The position numbers and the translations under genes were made by a program. From the NCBI GenBank assembly GCA_050249455.1, contig JBFWQM010000001.1, forward strand, positions 21,316 through 85,315: a DNA stretch of 64,000 nt, written 5' to 3'. Shown piece by piece: positions 17,690 to 26,385 of the stretch; positions within the stretch are counted from its first letter, which is position 1, and every line of letters begins with the position of its first letter. The DNA is from Rhodospirillaceae bacterium. GTDB taxonomy: Bacteria; Pseudomonadota; Alphaproteobacteria; MPNO01; VGEU01. The notes below the pieces were generated by a model that saw nothing but the letters and a program-made list of their open reading frames with translations, made no database searches and was not told the origin of the DNA.

Positions 17690-18877
17690 GTGACGCCCCT
17701 GTTCCTGACCGTCCTCGTCGACATGGTCGGGTTCGGCATCGTGATCCCGCTGCTGCCGTTCTATGCCCAGAAGTTCGGCGCCTCGCCCGACCTGGTGACC
17801 CTGACGGTCGCCGCCTACACCCTGACCCAGTTCGTGTTTGCGCCGCTGTGGGGCCGGATCAGCGACCGCTACGGCCGCCGGCCGGTGCTGCTGGTCACCC
17901 TGGCCGGCACCGCGCTGTCCTATGTGTGGACGGGGCTGGTCGAGTCGCTGGCCATGCTGTTCGTCGCGCGCGCCTTCGCCGGCGCCTGCGCGGCCAACAT
18001 GGCGGTGGCGCACGCCTATGTCGCCGACGTCTCGGCGCCGGAGCACCGGGCGCGCGACATGGGCCGCATCGGGGCGGCATTCGGCATGGGCTTCGTGCTC
18101 GGGCCGGCGATCGGCGGGTTCCTCGCGGGGCCGGGCGGCGAGCCGGACTTCGCGTCGCCGTTCTGGTTCGCCGCCGGCCTGTCCGCGGTCGCCTGGGCGC
18201 TGGCGTGGCTGCGGCTGCGCGAGACCACCGACCCGGCGATGCGTCAGGCCGCGGCCGCCGCGCCGCGGCAGGGGCGGCTGGCCGCCCTGCTTGCGGGCGC
18301 GCGCCAGCCGCGGCTCGGCCGCCTGATCGGCCTAGCCTTCATGATGCCGTTCGTGTTCTCCGGGGTGGAGACGACGTTCGCCCTGTGGTCGGAGCGGGCG
18401 CTGGGCTGGGGCCCGGCGGAGAACGGCTACGTCTACACCTACATGGGCGTCGTCGCGGTGCTGGCGCAGGGGCTGGCAGTCGGCCGGCTGGTCCGCGCGG
18501 TGGGGGAGCGGCGGGCGGTGACGATCGGGGCGGCCGCCGTGCTGGCCGGCTGCCTGCTGCTGCCGTTCGCGTTGACCATCGCGCCGCTGCTGGCCGCGCT
18601 GGGGCTGATCGTGTTCGGGGTGTGCATCACCGGCTCGTCGCTCAACAGCCTGATCTCGCTCGAATCCGCCGCCCATGCCCGCGGCGCGACCCTGGGCCTC
18701 GGCCAGGCGTCCTCGGGCCTCGCCCGCATCCTGGGGCCGGCGCTCAACGGATTCGCCTTCGTCGGGCTGGGGCGCGATGCGCCCTATTTCCTCGGCGCGG
18801 TCGTGATGGTCGTCATGCTGGTCCTCGCCCGCGGCATCGTGGCGCCGGCCCGGCCCCGCGGCGGCGAAGAAACTTGA
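17690..18877 (+). CDS. MFS transporter (Tet/drug-H+ antiporter-like)
   Basis: Typical MFS N-terminus LTVLVDMVGFGIVIPLLPFY and the loop motif GRISDRYGRRPVLL. Start is set to GTG 17690 because GGAG lies 5 nt upstream. The track start at 17642 lies inside the G-run. Confidence 0.8.
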   Translation: MTPLFLTVLVDMVGFGIVIPLLPFYAQKFGASPDLVTLTVAAYTLTQFVFAPLWGRISDRYGRRPVLLVTLAGTALSYVWTGLVESLAMLFVARAFAGACAANMAVAHAYVADVSAPEHRARDMGRIGAAFGMGFVLGPAIGGFLAGPGGEPDFASPFWFAAGLSAVAWALAWLRLRETTDPAMRQAAAAAPRQGRLAALLAGARQPRLGRLIGLAFMMPFVFSGVETTFALWSERALGWGPAENGYVYTYMGVVAVLAQGLAVGRLVRAVGERRAVTIGAAAVLAGCLLLPFALTIAPLLAALGLIVFGVCITGSSLNSLISLESAAHARGATLGLGQASSGLARILGPALNGFAFVGLGRDAPYFLGAVVMVVMLVLARGIVAPARPRGGEET

Positions 18878-18954
18878 CCCGGCCGGCCCCGGCGGCTTAA
18901 AAGCACCGTTTCCGGGCCGCAAGGTCCGCTTTTCGTATTTCGGGGACCGATCCG

Positions 18955-19257
18955 ATGTCCAGGCGTTGCAGCATCACCGGCAAGGGCGTGCTCACCGGCA
19001 ACAACGTCAGCCATGCCAACAACAAGACCCGCCGCCGCTTCCTGCCCAACCTGCAGGAGACCGCGCTGCTGTCGGACGCGCTCGGCCAGATGGTCCGCCT
19101 GCGCCTGTCCACCCGCGCGATCCGCACCATCGAGCACAATGGCGGCCTCGACGCCTTCCTTCTCGGCACCTCCAACCTGAAGCTGCCGGAAGACGCCCAG
19201 CGCCTGAAGCGCCGCATCGCCAAGGCGAAGGCCGCGCGCGACGGCGCCGCGGCCTAG
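18955..19257 (+). CDS. rpmB: 50S ribosomal protein L28
   Basis: [34 protein letters not shown] is the canonical L28 N-terminus. Confidence 0.95.
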   Translation: MSRRCSITGKGVLTGNNVSHANNKTRRRFLPNLQETALLSDALGQMVRLRLSTRAIRTIEHNGGLDAFLLGTSNLKLPEDAQRLKRRIAKAKAARDGAAA

Positions 19258-19284
19258 GCCGGCGCCCACGTTCCAGACGGATGC

Positions 19285-19311
19285 TCCGCAGGGGCGGGTC
19301 TCGGACCCGCC
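19285..19311. repeat. 27-nt hairpin repeat, family A (TCCGCAGGGGCGGGTCTCGGACCCGCC)
   Basis: Identical 27-mer at 50590-50616 and an inverted 25/27 copy at 50664-50690. Confidence 0.85.
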
Positions 19312-19318
19312 CTTTTGC
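19292..19318 (+). terminator. Rho-independent terminator of rpmB
   Basis: 9-bp GC stem GGGCGGGTC / GACCCGCCC with a 3-nt loop, followed by TTTTGCTT. It lies 35 nt after the rpmB stop. Confidence 0.6.
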
Positions 19319-19334
19319 TTTCGTGGGATGGTGA

Positions 19335-19417
19335 GAGGATCGGGGGCAGACACCAAACCCGATGGTCAAGCCGGCTTGGGCGGGCGATCGGGGTCTGGTG
19401 TCTGACCCCGATCCTCT
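19335..19417. repeat. hairpin repeat, family B (core GGGG(T/C)CAGACACCAAACCC), imperfect ~29-bp arms
   Basis: Left arm 19335-19363 and right arm 19387-19417, between convergent rpmB and cobT. Same core as 59171-59255. Confidence 0.8.
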
Positions 19418-19420
19418 TTT

Positions 19421-21310
19421 CTACGCCCGCGCCCTGGCCGGCTGGGCCGGCGGGCGGTGGCCGCGCGGGGCGGCGGCGCGCTCGTCCTCCTCGAACAGCT
19501 CGGCGAGCTTCTCCATCACCGTGCCGCCGAGCTGCTCGGCGTCCATGATCGTGACGGCGCGGCGGTAGTAGCGGGTCACGTCGTGGCCGATGCCGATGGC
19601 GATCAGCTCGACCGGCGAGCGGGTCTCGATCCACTCGATGGTCTCGCGCAGATGGCGCTCCAGGAAGTTGCCCGGGTTCACCGACAGCGTCGAATCGTCC
19701 ACCGGCGCGCCGTCGGAGATCACCATCAGGATGCGCCGCTGCTCCGGCCGCGCGATCAGCCGGTTGTGCGCCCACAAGAGCGCCTCGCCGTCGATGTTCT
19801 CCTTCAGGAGGCCTTCGCGCAGCATCAGGCCGAGGCTGCGCCGCGCCCGCCGCCACGGCGCGTCGGCGCCCTTGTAGACGATGTGGCGCAGGTCGTTGAG
19901 CCGGCCGGGGTTGGGCGGCTTGCCGGCGGCGAGCCACTTCTCGCGCGACTGCCCGCCCTTCCAGGCGCGGGTGGTGAAGCCCAGGATCTCGACCTTGACC
20001 GCGCAGCGCTCCAGGGTGCGGGCCAGGATGTCGGCGCTCATCGCCGCCACGGTGATCGGCCGCCCGCGCATCGAGCCCGAGTTGTCGATCAGCAGGGTCA
20101 CCACGGTGTCGCGGAAGGTGGTGTCCTTCTCCACCTTGAACGACAGCGGGTGCATCGGGTTGACCACCACGCGCGACAGCCGGCCGGTGTCGAGCAGGCC
20201 TTCCTCCAGGTCGAATTCCCACGCCCGGTTCTGCTTGGCCATCAGGCGGCGCTGCAGCCGGTTGGCGAGCTTGCCGACGACGGCCTGCAGGTGCGAGAGT
20301 TGCTGGTCCAGATGGTGGCGCAGCCGGGCGAGCTCCTCCGGCTCGCACAGCTCGGTCGCCTCCACGGTCTCGTCGTACTCGGCGGTGTAAGGCTGGTAGG
20401 GGCGCTCGCGCGGCTCGTTGGACATCGGGCCCTGCTGGCGGCGCCGGCGGCTGGTCGGGTCGGTGCCCTCCTCGCCGGTGCCGGGCGCCATCTCCTCCTC
20501 GGCCTCGCTGCGGGTCGCCTGCTCGCCTTCCTCCGATTCGCTGTCGGAGGATTCCTCGCCCGAGGCGCCCGACGCCTCGGCGCTGGAGCCTTCCATCTGC
20601 GCCTCTTCGGACTCGGCCTGCTCGCTCGCCTCGTCGTCGGATTCGTCGCCTTCGGATTCTTCCGCCTCCGGCGAGCCCGGCTCCTCGTCCAGGAGGTCGA
20701 GGTGGAACAGGAGCTTGTTCGACGCCAGCGCATAGGCCGACTGGTCGCCGATCGCGGACTCCAGATCGGCGACGTCGGCGGCGATCTTCTTGTCGAGCAG
20801 CGGGCGCCACTGGTCGACCAGCTTCTGCGCCGACGGCGGCAGCGCCGACGGCATCAGCGCTTCGCGCGCCATCAGGCCCAGCACGTCGGGCAGCAGGTTC
20901 TCGTCGCGCGCATCGATGCGGTCGTAGCCGCGGGCGAGGCAGCGCTCGCGCAGCGCGGCGGCCAGGTTCTCGGCCACGCCTTCCATCTGGCGGGCGCCGA
21001 TCGCTTCCACCCGCACCTGCTCCAGCGCCTCGAACACCGCGCGCGCGGTGTCGCCCTGCGGCGCGCGGCTGGCATGCAGCTTGTCGTCGTGGTGCTTCAG
21101 GCGCAGCGCCATCGCGTCGGACTCGCCGCGCAGCTGCGCCACTTCCTCGGCCGTCATCTCGCGCGACGGCACCGGCAGCCGCGCCTGGGTATCGACCAGG
21201 CGCGCCTCGGCGCTGTAGGTGACCGAGATGTCGTTGCGCTCCGCGATGGCGCGCATCGCGGCCGCGGTCACCCGGCGGAAGGCGTCGGCAGTGCTTTCGT
21301 TGGAGGCCAT
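19421..21310 (-). CDS. cobT: cobaltochelatase subunit CobT-like (acidic region plus VWA domain)
   Basis: 629 aa with a central poly-acidic stretch ([19 protein letters not shown]...) and a C-terminal VWA/MIDAS region ([14 protein letters not shown]). Matches CobT as I recall it. Confidence 0.85.
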   Translation of the reverse strand: MASNESTADAFRRVTAAAMRAIAERNDISVTYSAEARLVDTQARLPVPSREMTAEEVAQLRGESDAMALRLKHHDDKLHASRAPQGDTARAVFEALEQVRVEAIGARQMEGVAENLAAALRERCLARGYDRIDARDENLLPDVLGLMAREALMPSALPPSAQKLVDQWRPLLDKKIAADVADLESAIGDQSAYALASNKLLFHLDLLDEEPGSPEAEESEGDESDDEASEQAESEEAQMEGSSAEASGASGEESSDSESEEGEQATRSEAEEEMAPGTGEEGTDPTSRRRRQQGPMSNEPRERPYQPYTAEYDETVEATELCEPEELARLRHHLDQQLSHLQAVVGKLANRLQRRLMAKQNRAWEFDLEEGLLDTGRLSRVVVNPMHPLSFKVEKDTTFRDTVVTLLIDNSGSMRGRPITVAAMSADILARTLERCAVKVEILGFTTRAWKGGQSREKWLAAGKPPNPGRLNDLRHIVYKGADAPWRRARRSLGLMLREGLLKENIDGEALLWAHNRLIARPEQRRILMVISDGAPVDDSTLSVNPGNFLERHLRETIEWIETRSPVELIAIGIGHDVTRYYRRAVTIMDAEQLGGTVMEKLAELFEEDERAAAPRGHRPPAQPARARA

Positions 21311-21320
21311 GCGGGTTCCG

Positions 21321-22322
21321 TCAGCGGCGCGCCTGGACGGTCGCCTCTGCGAGATCTTCCTTGAAGCAGCGCTGGTAGTATTCCGCCACCGTCGGCCGCT
21401 CCAGCTCGTCGCACTTGTTCAGGAACGTCATGCGGAACGCCTTGCCGACGTCCTTGAACAGGATCGCGTTCTGCGCCCAGGTGATGACCGTGCGCGGCGA
21501 CATGACGGTGGAGATGTCGCCGGCGATGAAGCCCGACCGGGTCAGGTCGGCGACCGAGACCATGGCGCTGATCTTCTTGCGCCCGTCCTCGTTGTCGTAG
21601 GTCGGCGACTTCGCCAGCACGATCTTCACCTCCGCGTCGTGCGGCAGGTAGTTCAGCGTGCACACCAGGTTCCAGCGGTCGAGCTGGCCCTGGTTGATCT
21701 GCTGCGTGCCGTGATAGAGCCCGGTGGTGTCGCCCAGGCCGATGGTGTTGGCGGTCGCAAACAGACGGAACGCCTTGTGCGGCCGGATCACGCGGCTCTG
21801 GTCCAGCAGCGTCATCTTGCCGTCGACCTCCAGCACGCGCTGGATGACGAACATCACGTCCGGGCGGCCGGCGTCGTACTCGTCGAACACCAGCGCGACC
21901 GGGTTCTGCAGCGCCCACGGCAGGATGCCCTCGCGGAACTCGGTCACCTGCTTGCCGTCGCGGATGACGATGGCGTCCTTGCCGATCAGGTCGATGCGGC
22001 TGATGTGGCTGTCCAGGTTGACGCGCACGCACGGCCAGTTCAGCCGGGCGGCGACCTGTTCGATGTGGGTCGACTTGCCGGTGCCGTGGTAGCCCTGGAT
22101 CAGGAGCCGCCGGTTGTGCGCGAAGCCGACCAGGATCGCCATCGTGGTGTCATGGTCGAACCGGTACGTCTCGTCGATCTCCGGCACGTGCTCCGACGGC
22201 TTGGAGAATGCGGGCACCATCATGTCGGAATCGAGCCCGAAGACCTGCCGGACCGAAACCTCGATGTCCGGCCCGTCAAGGCTGTGGGCGCGTTCGTTGT
22301 GCGTAACCTGCTGCGCAGACAT
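21321..22322 (-). CDS. cobS: cobaltochelatase subunit CobS-like AAA+ (MoxR-type) ATPase
   Basis: 333 aa from ATG at 22322, inside track ORF 21321..22886. Walker [10 protein letters not shown] and Walker B LVFDEYD. It lies 10 nt upstream of cobT. Confidence 0.9.
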   Translation of the reverse strand: MSAQQVTHNERAHSLDGPDIEVSVRQVFGLDSDMMVPAFSKPSEHVPEIDETYRFDHDTTMAILVGFAHNRRLLIQGYHGTGKSTHIEQVAARLNWPCVRVNLDSHISRIDLIGKDAIVIRDGKQVTEFREGILPWALQNPVALVFDEYDAGRPDVMFVIQRVLEVDGKMTLLDQSRVIRPHKAFRLFATANTIGLGDTTGLYHGTQQINQGQLDRWNLVCTLNYLPHDAEVKIVLAKSPTYDNEDGRKKISAMVSVADLTRSGFIAGDISTVMSPRTVITWAQNAILFKDVGKAFRMTFLNKCDELERPTVAEYYQRCFKEDLAEATVQARR

Positions 22323-22357
22323 ACAACCAGTTTTCCTGAATCTAGTGTCGGATGGCG

Positions 22358-23029
22358 TCAGGCGAATTGGGCGTTCTTGAGCGTCGAATAGGCACGGTTG
22401 ACGAGTTTTAGCCTTTCCTCGGCGTTCTTGTCGCCCCCGTTCGCGTCGGGGTGCAGTTGTTTGACGAGCTCCAGGTAGCGCGCCTTGATGCGCTTGCGCG
22501 TGATCGGCGGGGCTAGTTCCAGCACCGCCAGCGCCCGTTCCTCGTCGGTCAGCGCGCGCGACGGCCGGCGCCCCGGGTCGGCGTCGCCGCCGGGCGGCCG
22601 CTGCGACGCCGGCTCCTCGCCGAACAGGTTCAGCGTGTCGGCGAACCACACCCGCCCGTCGCGCATGCCGCGCATCCCGAAACCGAGCGGCCAGGTCGGG
22701 CGCCACCACGTGGTGTCGGCGCGGATGTGGCGCTCGATGTCGGCTTCGTTCATGCCGGCGTAGTAGTTCCACGCCGCATTGTATTCGCGCACGTGCGTCA
22801 GGCAGAACCAGTGGTATTCGCGCAGATGGTCGCGCGACCGCGGCGCCGGAAAGTCGCCCGCGGCAGCGCACCCTGGCGCCTCGCACGGTCGCGTTCCGAG
22901 CCCGTTCGGAAAGGGATTTGCCCTGGATCCCGCGTTGCGCTGCCGTTTCACTGCCACAGTATGGTCAGCCCCCCGGAACCTGACAAGGCCCGCGCGCCGT
23001 TCGGCCGCGCCGCGGTCGTTCGATGTCAA
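22358..23029 (-). CDS. J-domain (DnaJ-like) protein
   Basis: The C-terminal J domain has [20 protein letters not shown] (HPD motif). A central Cys/His-containing region reads CEAPGC...[13 protein letters not shown]. The start codon is uncertain. Confidence 0.75.
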   Translation of the reverse strand: MTSNDRGAAERRAGLVRFRGADHTVAVKRQRNAGSRANPFPNGLGTRPCEAPGCAAAGDFPAPRSRDHLREYHWFCLTHVREYNAAWNYYAGMNEADIERHIRADTTWWRPTWPLGFGMRGMRDGRVWFADTLNLFGEEPASQRPPGGDADPGRRPSRALTDEERALAVLELAPPITRKRIKARYLELVKQLHPDANGGDKNAEERLKLVNRAYSTLKNAQFA

Positions 23030-23110
23030 TCGATCGGGCGGCGACGGGCGGGCTCGCCGCTTGACGCGGCCGCCGGGCCGAACCTATCTAGGCGACCGCT
23101 GGAGGGCGCC

Positions 23111-23386
23111 ATGACCACCGTCGCATCGACCATCGAGGCCAAGCTGCGCGCCGCGCTGTCGCCGGTGCGGCTGGACATCGTCGACGAGTCGGCGCTGCAC
23201 GCCGGCCACGCCGGGGCGCGCGACGGCGGCGAGACCCATTTCCGGGTCGAGGTCGTGGCGCAGGCGTTCGCCGGCAAGTCGCGGCTGGAACGCCAGCGGC
23301 TGGTCTACGGCGTGCTGGCGGACGAGCTGGCGGGTCCGGTGCATGCCTTGAGCGTGCGCGCCCTGACCCCGTCCGAGCGCGCGTAA
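23111..23386 (+). CDS. BolA-family protein
   Basis: 91 aa from ATG 23111. LDIVDESALHAGHAG...HFRVEVVAQAFAGKSRLERQRLVY fits BolA. Confidence 0.85.
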   Translation: MTTVASTIEAKLRAALSPVRLDIVDESALHAGHAGARDGGETHFRVEVVAQAFAGKSRLERQRLVYGVLADELAGPVHALSVRALTPSERA

Positions 23387-23528
23387 CGCAGGGCATACAT
23401 ACAACGCTCGGTTGCGCCTGCGGCCGATTATCTATACACTTTCAAGTTGAGCGATCCGCCGAATATTCACCTACGGCGGGCGTGGGTCGTATTCGCTGTC
23501 GTCCGGCAATTTCAGGGATCGTAGCAAT

Positions 23529-23834
23529 ATGGCGTCGTCGCTTGTGAGCAGGAACATTACCGTATCCGGGCATCGGACCAGCATGCGGCTCGAGCCGGCG
23601 ATGTGGGACGCCTTGCACGAGGTGGCCCGAAGAGAAGGCAAGACCATCAACGAAATATGCACGATGGTGGACGCGCGCCGCCGTGAATCGAGCCTCACGG
23701 CGGCGCTCCGCGTCTACATCGTCGCCTATTTCCGCGCCGCCGCGACGGAGCACGGCCATCTGCGCGCGGGCCACGGCGCCGGGCTGGCGGAAGACGCGCC
23801 CTTATGGCCGGCCGGCCGCGATCTGGCCGCCTGA
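23529..23834 (+). CDS. ribbon-helix-helix domain protein (RHH_4-like)
   Basis: 101 aa. SGHRTSMRLEPAMWDALHEVARREGKTINEICTMVD resembles the stand-alone RHH family common in alphaproteobacteria. It is preceded by a lower-GC intergenic region. Confidence 0.7.
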   Translation: MASSLVSRNITVSGHRTSMRLEPAMWDALHEVARREGKTINEICTMVDARRRESSLTAALRVYIVAYFRAAATEHGHLRAGHGAGLAEDAPLWPAGRDLAA

Positions 23835-23838
23835 ACGT

Positions 23839-24384
23839 TCAACCACCGGTATAGTATTCGGGGTAGTGGGCCTTCACGACCTGGCCGTCGCTGGCCCAGG
23901 CGTGACAGGTGTCGATCGGCGGGCGGACCTTCTCGGTGCGCGGCCGGTCGGGGTCGCTGCGCGACCAGCGCACGCTGTGGAAGGCGACCGTCGCCATCGG
24001 GCCCAGCAGGTCGACCAGGTGCGTGCAGCCCCGGGTGCCCCCCAGCAGCCCGAACACGACCTTGCGCCAGCCCGGCTTGATCTGGGTGCCGACCAGCTTG
24101 CGGAACGCCGGCGCGATCGCCGGGCAGATGGCGAACGGCCCGGCGTCGGTCACCGCCTCGACGTCGCGCACCACGATGTCGCGGTCCACGGTCAGGCGCA
24201 GCTTCATGTCGTGGATCGGCTCCCCGGCCTGGATCTCGCCGCGGAAGGCGTTGGGAAAGGGGTACGACTTCACGTCGGTCAGGTGACCTTCGATGTCCCA
24301 CATCCCGTCGTCGCGGGCGTAGCTGGAGCAGGTGATCGCGCGGGTGTGGATCGGCTTGCGCGCCACGGGCGGCGACAGGGGCAT
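23839..24384 (-). CDS. DUF2889-family protein
   Basis: 181 aa from ATG at 24384, inside track ORF 23839..25353. The conserved-looking GGTRGCTHLVDLLGPMA motif is as I recall for DUF2889. Confidence 0.7.
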   Translation of the reverse strand: MPLSPPVARKPIHTRAITCSSYARDDGMWDIEGHLTDVKSYPFPNAFRGEIQAGEPIHDMKLRLTVDRDIVVRDVEAVTDAGPFAICPAIAPAFRKLVGTQIKPGWRKVVFGLLGGTRGCTHLVDLLGPMATVAFHSVRWSRSDPDRPRTEKVRPPIDTCHAWASDGQVVKAHYPEYYTGG

Positions 24385-24440
24385 CGGGCGGGCTCCTCGG
24401 GAATGGGACGCTCGCCCGACTATAGCGCGCCGCTGCCGGA

Positions 24441-25526
24441 TCAGGCGTCGTCGAACCGCACGAAGGTGATCGGCGGCAGCCGCGCGTCGGGGGCGGCCCA
24501 ATGGTCGCCGCCGTCCTCCGACACCCACAGCCCACCGCTGGTGGAGCCGATCGCGACCGCGGCGCCGGACGCATCGACCCCCAGGCCGTGGCGATAGACC
24601 AGGTCGTAGGCATGGCGCTGCGGCAGGCCGTCGCGCAGCACCTCGAAACTGCGGCCGCCGTCGCGGGTGCGCGCCACCGCCATCTGGGCGTCGACCGGGA
24701 TGCGCCGTTCGTCCTTCGCCGCCGGGACGAACCAGGCGGTGTCCGGGTCGCGCGGGTGGGCGGCGACCGCGAAGCCGAAATTCGACGGGCGGATGGCGGC
24801 CAGCTCGGTCCAGTTCTCGCCGCCGTCGGTGGAGCGGTAGGCGGTGCTGTGGTGCTGGCACCACAGGACGTCGGGCGCGCCGCGGCACTGCGCGAACTGG
24901 TGGATGTCCTGCGACATCGGGTCGTCGCGCAGCTCCGGCGGCATGTATTCGTTGTGCATGCCGCGGTTGATGATGCGCCACGACCGCCCCTCGTCGGCGG
25001 TCGCCCAGACGCCGCCGGTGGCGATGCCGATGCGGATCGCCTTCGGGTCGCGGGGATCGACCAGCAGGCCGCTGACCCCCGGCTGCTCGCCGCCGGCGAC
25101 GCCGAACCACTTGCGCCGGTCCGGCATCGTCCACAGCGGCTCGTTCAGCGCCCACGTCGCGCCGTCGTCGTCGGACCGGAACACGGCGCCCGGCATCGTC
25201 CCGGCCCACACCCGCCCCGGCACGCCGCCCGGCTCCAACGCCCAAATGCGGCCCAGCGACCACGGGTGCGGGTCGTCCGCCGCGTCGGCGGGCTTGGGCG
25301 GGAACGCCGGGGTCGTCAGCTCCTGGCGCGACCCGTCCGCCGCCACCCGCCACAGCTTGGCCCCGAAGTGGCCGAGGTCGAGCGCGACCAGCGCCGATTC
25401 CGCCCGCGGCAGCACCGCCGTCACCGGGTCGCCCAGGAAATGCGTCTCCGCCACGTCCCAGCCGCCGCCGCGGCGCGCCAGCACGAACAGGCCCTTGCGG
25501 GTGCCGACGAAAAGTCGCTGCGCCAT
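24441..25526 (-). CDS. BNR/sialidase-like beta-propeller protein
   Basis: 361 aa with repeated S-x-D-x-G-x-(T/S)-W motifs (SDDDGATW, TADEGRSW, STDGGENW, TRDGGRSF, SEDGGDHW). Confidence 0.8.
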   Translation of the reverse strand: MAQRLFVGTRKGLFVLARRGGGWDVAETHFLGDPVTAVLPRAESALVALDLGHFGAKLWRVAADGSRQELTTPAFPPKPADAADDPHPWSLGRIWALEPGGVPGRVWAGTMPGAVFRSDDDGATWALNEPLWTMPDRRKWFGVAGGEQPGVSGLLVDPRDPKAIRIGIATGGVWATADEGRSWRIINRGMHNEYMPPELRDDPMSQDIHQFAQCRGAPDVLWCQHHSTAYRSTDGGENWTELAAIRPSNFGFAVAAHPRDPDTAWFVPAAKDERRIPVDAQMAVARTRDGGRSFEVLRDGLPQRHAYDLVYRHGLGVDASGAAVAIGSTSGGLWVSEDGGDHWAAPDARLPPITFVRFDDA

Positions 25527-25550
25527 CGAACTACTCCCTCGCTGCTGCCG

Positions 25551-25820
25551 TCAGCCGCCGGTCAGCGCCTGCAGCACGAACACCTCGTCGCTCGGCCCGA
25601 CCGGGTCGCTCAAGCCGCTGCGGTCGCGCACCAGCGTCCCGTTGACGTAGACCGCGACGTGGCGGCGCAGCGCGCCCTGGTCGTCCAGCACATAGCCCCG
25701 CAGCACCGGCCGGGTCGCGAACACGTCGTTCAGCGTCTCGCCCAGCGTCGTGCCGGCCGCCGTCACGGTCGGCGCCTCCACGAAGCGTTCCAGGGCGCGG
25801 GTGAACGTCACGACGGGCAT
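25551..25820 (-). CDS. MoaD/ThiS-family ubiquitin-like small protein (C-terminal Gly-Gly)
   Basis: 89 aa from ATG at 25820, ending ...VFVLQALTGG followed by the stop. Its stop is 24 nt upstream of the BNR gene start. Confidence 0.7.
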   Translation of the reverse strand: MPVVTFTRALERFVEAPTVTAAGTTLGETLNDVFATRPVLRGYVLDDQGALRRHVAVYVNGTLVRDRSGLSDPVGPSDEVFVLQALTGG

Positions 25821-25840
25821 GCGGCGGCGGGCTCCGGCGG

Positions 25841-25881
25841 TTGACAGAATCGTTGATATCAACATAATACCGACGTGTCAA
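25841..25881. promoter_or_regulatory. face-to-face divergent sigma70-like promoters sharing a perfect 12-bp palindrome (probable MarR operator)
   Basis: Plus strand has TTGACA 25841-46, N16, CATAAT 25863-68. Minus strand has TTGACA (complement of 25876-81), N17, TATCAA (complement of 25853-58). The palindrome GTTGATATCAAC is at 25852-25863. Confidence 0.5.
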
Positions 25882-26339
25882 ACGTCGACGTCCCGCCCTG
25901 CGCCGAAACCCTGCCCCGCGAGGTCACCCTCGCCGTGCGCGACGCGTGCCTGTGCCTGCACGTGCAGCGGGCGGCGCGGGCGGTGGCGCGCCGGTTCGAC
26001 GAGGCGCTGCGTCCCGTCGGCCTGACCAACCAGCAGTTCTCGCTGCTGATGTCGCTCAACCGGCCGGTGCCGCCGACAATGGGGCAGGTGGCGGCCGGGC
26101 TCGGCATGGACCGCACGACCGTCACCGCCAACCTGAAGCCGCTGGTCCGCCGCGGTTTGGCGCGGGTGGACGCGGACCCGGCCGATCGGCGCACCCGCCG
26201 CCTGGTACTGGCCGATGCCGGACGGTCGCTGCTGGCGGCGGCGATGCCGCTGTGGCGCGCCGCCCAGGACGCCAACGAGGAGCTGGTCCCCGACGGGGAT
26301 CCCGACCGCCTGCGCGTCAGCCTGCGCGCGCTATCCTGA
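25875..26339 (+). CDS. MarR-family transcriptional regulator
   Basis: 154 aa. GLTNQQFSLLMSL...MGQVAAGLGMDRTTVTANLKPLVRRGL...DRRTRRL is a winged-HTH MarR pattern. Start is GTG at 25875. Confidence 0.8.
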   Translation: MSNVDVPPCAETLPREVTLAVRDACLCLHVQRAARAVARRFDEALRPVGLTNQQFSLLMSLNRPVPPTMGQVAAGLGMDRTTVTANLKPLVRRGLARVDADPADRRTRRLVLADAGRSLLAAAMPLWRAAQDANEELVPDGDPDRLRVSLRALS

Positions 26340-26385
26340 CTGCGACGCCCGGGCGATCCCGCCGCGGGCATGGGGGAGATGCGAG

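Noticed and set aside
11533-18046. Additional very long open frames over the giant gene (plus-strand 11533..17445, 1,970 aa; minus-strand 13100..18046, 1,648 aa; several 300-540-aa minus ORFs)
   Set aside because: These frames translate to RRGRRGA/PRRP-type low-complexity sequence without TM segments or a unique terminal domain. They are stop-free because the real frame is built almost entirely of GCN/GAR/CGN codons repeated every 87 nt. Only frame 11645..17542 shows protein-like periodicity and G/C-rich third positions.
19421-22322. Calling this a cobalamin biosynthesis cluster
   Set aside because: Only the CobS/CobT-like pair is present. No cobN or other cob/cbi genes, or B12 riboswitch-like leader, were seen in the window. 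It is therefore reported as family-level calls only.
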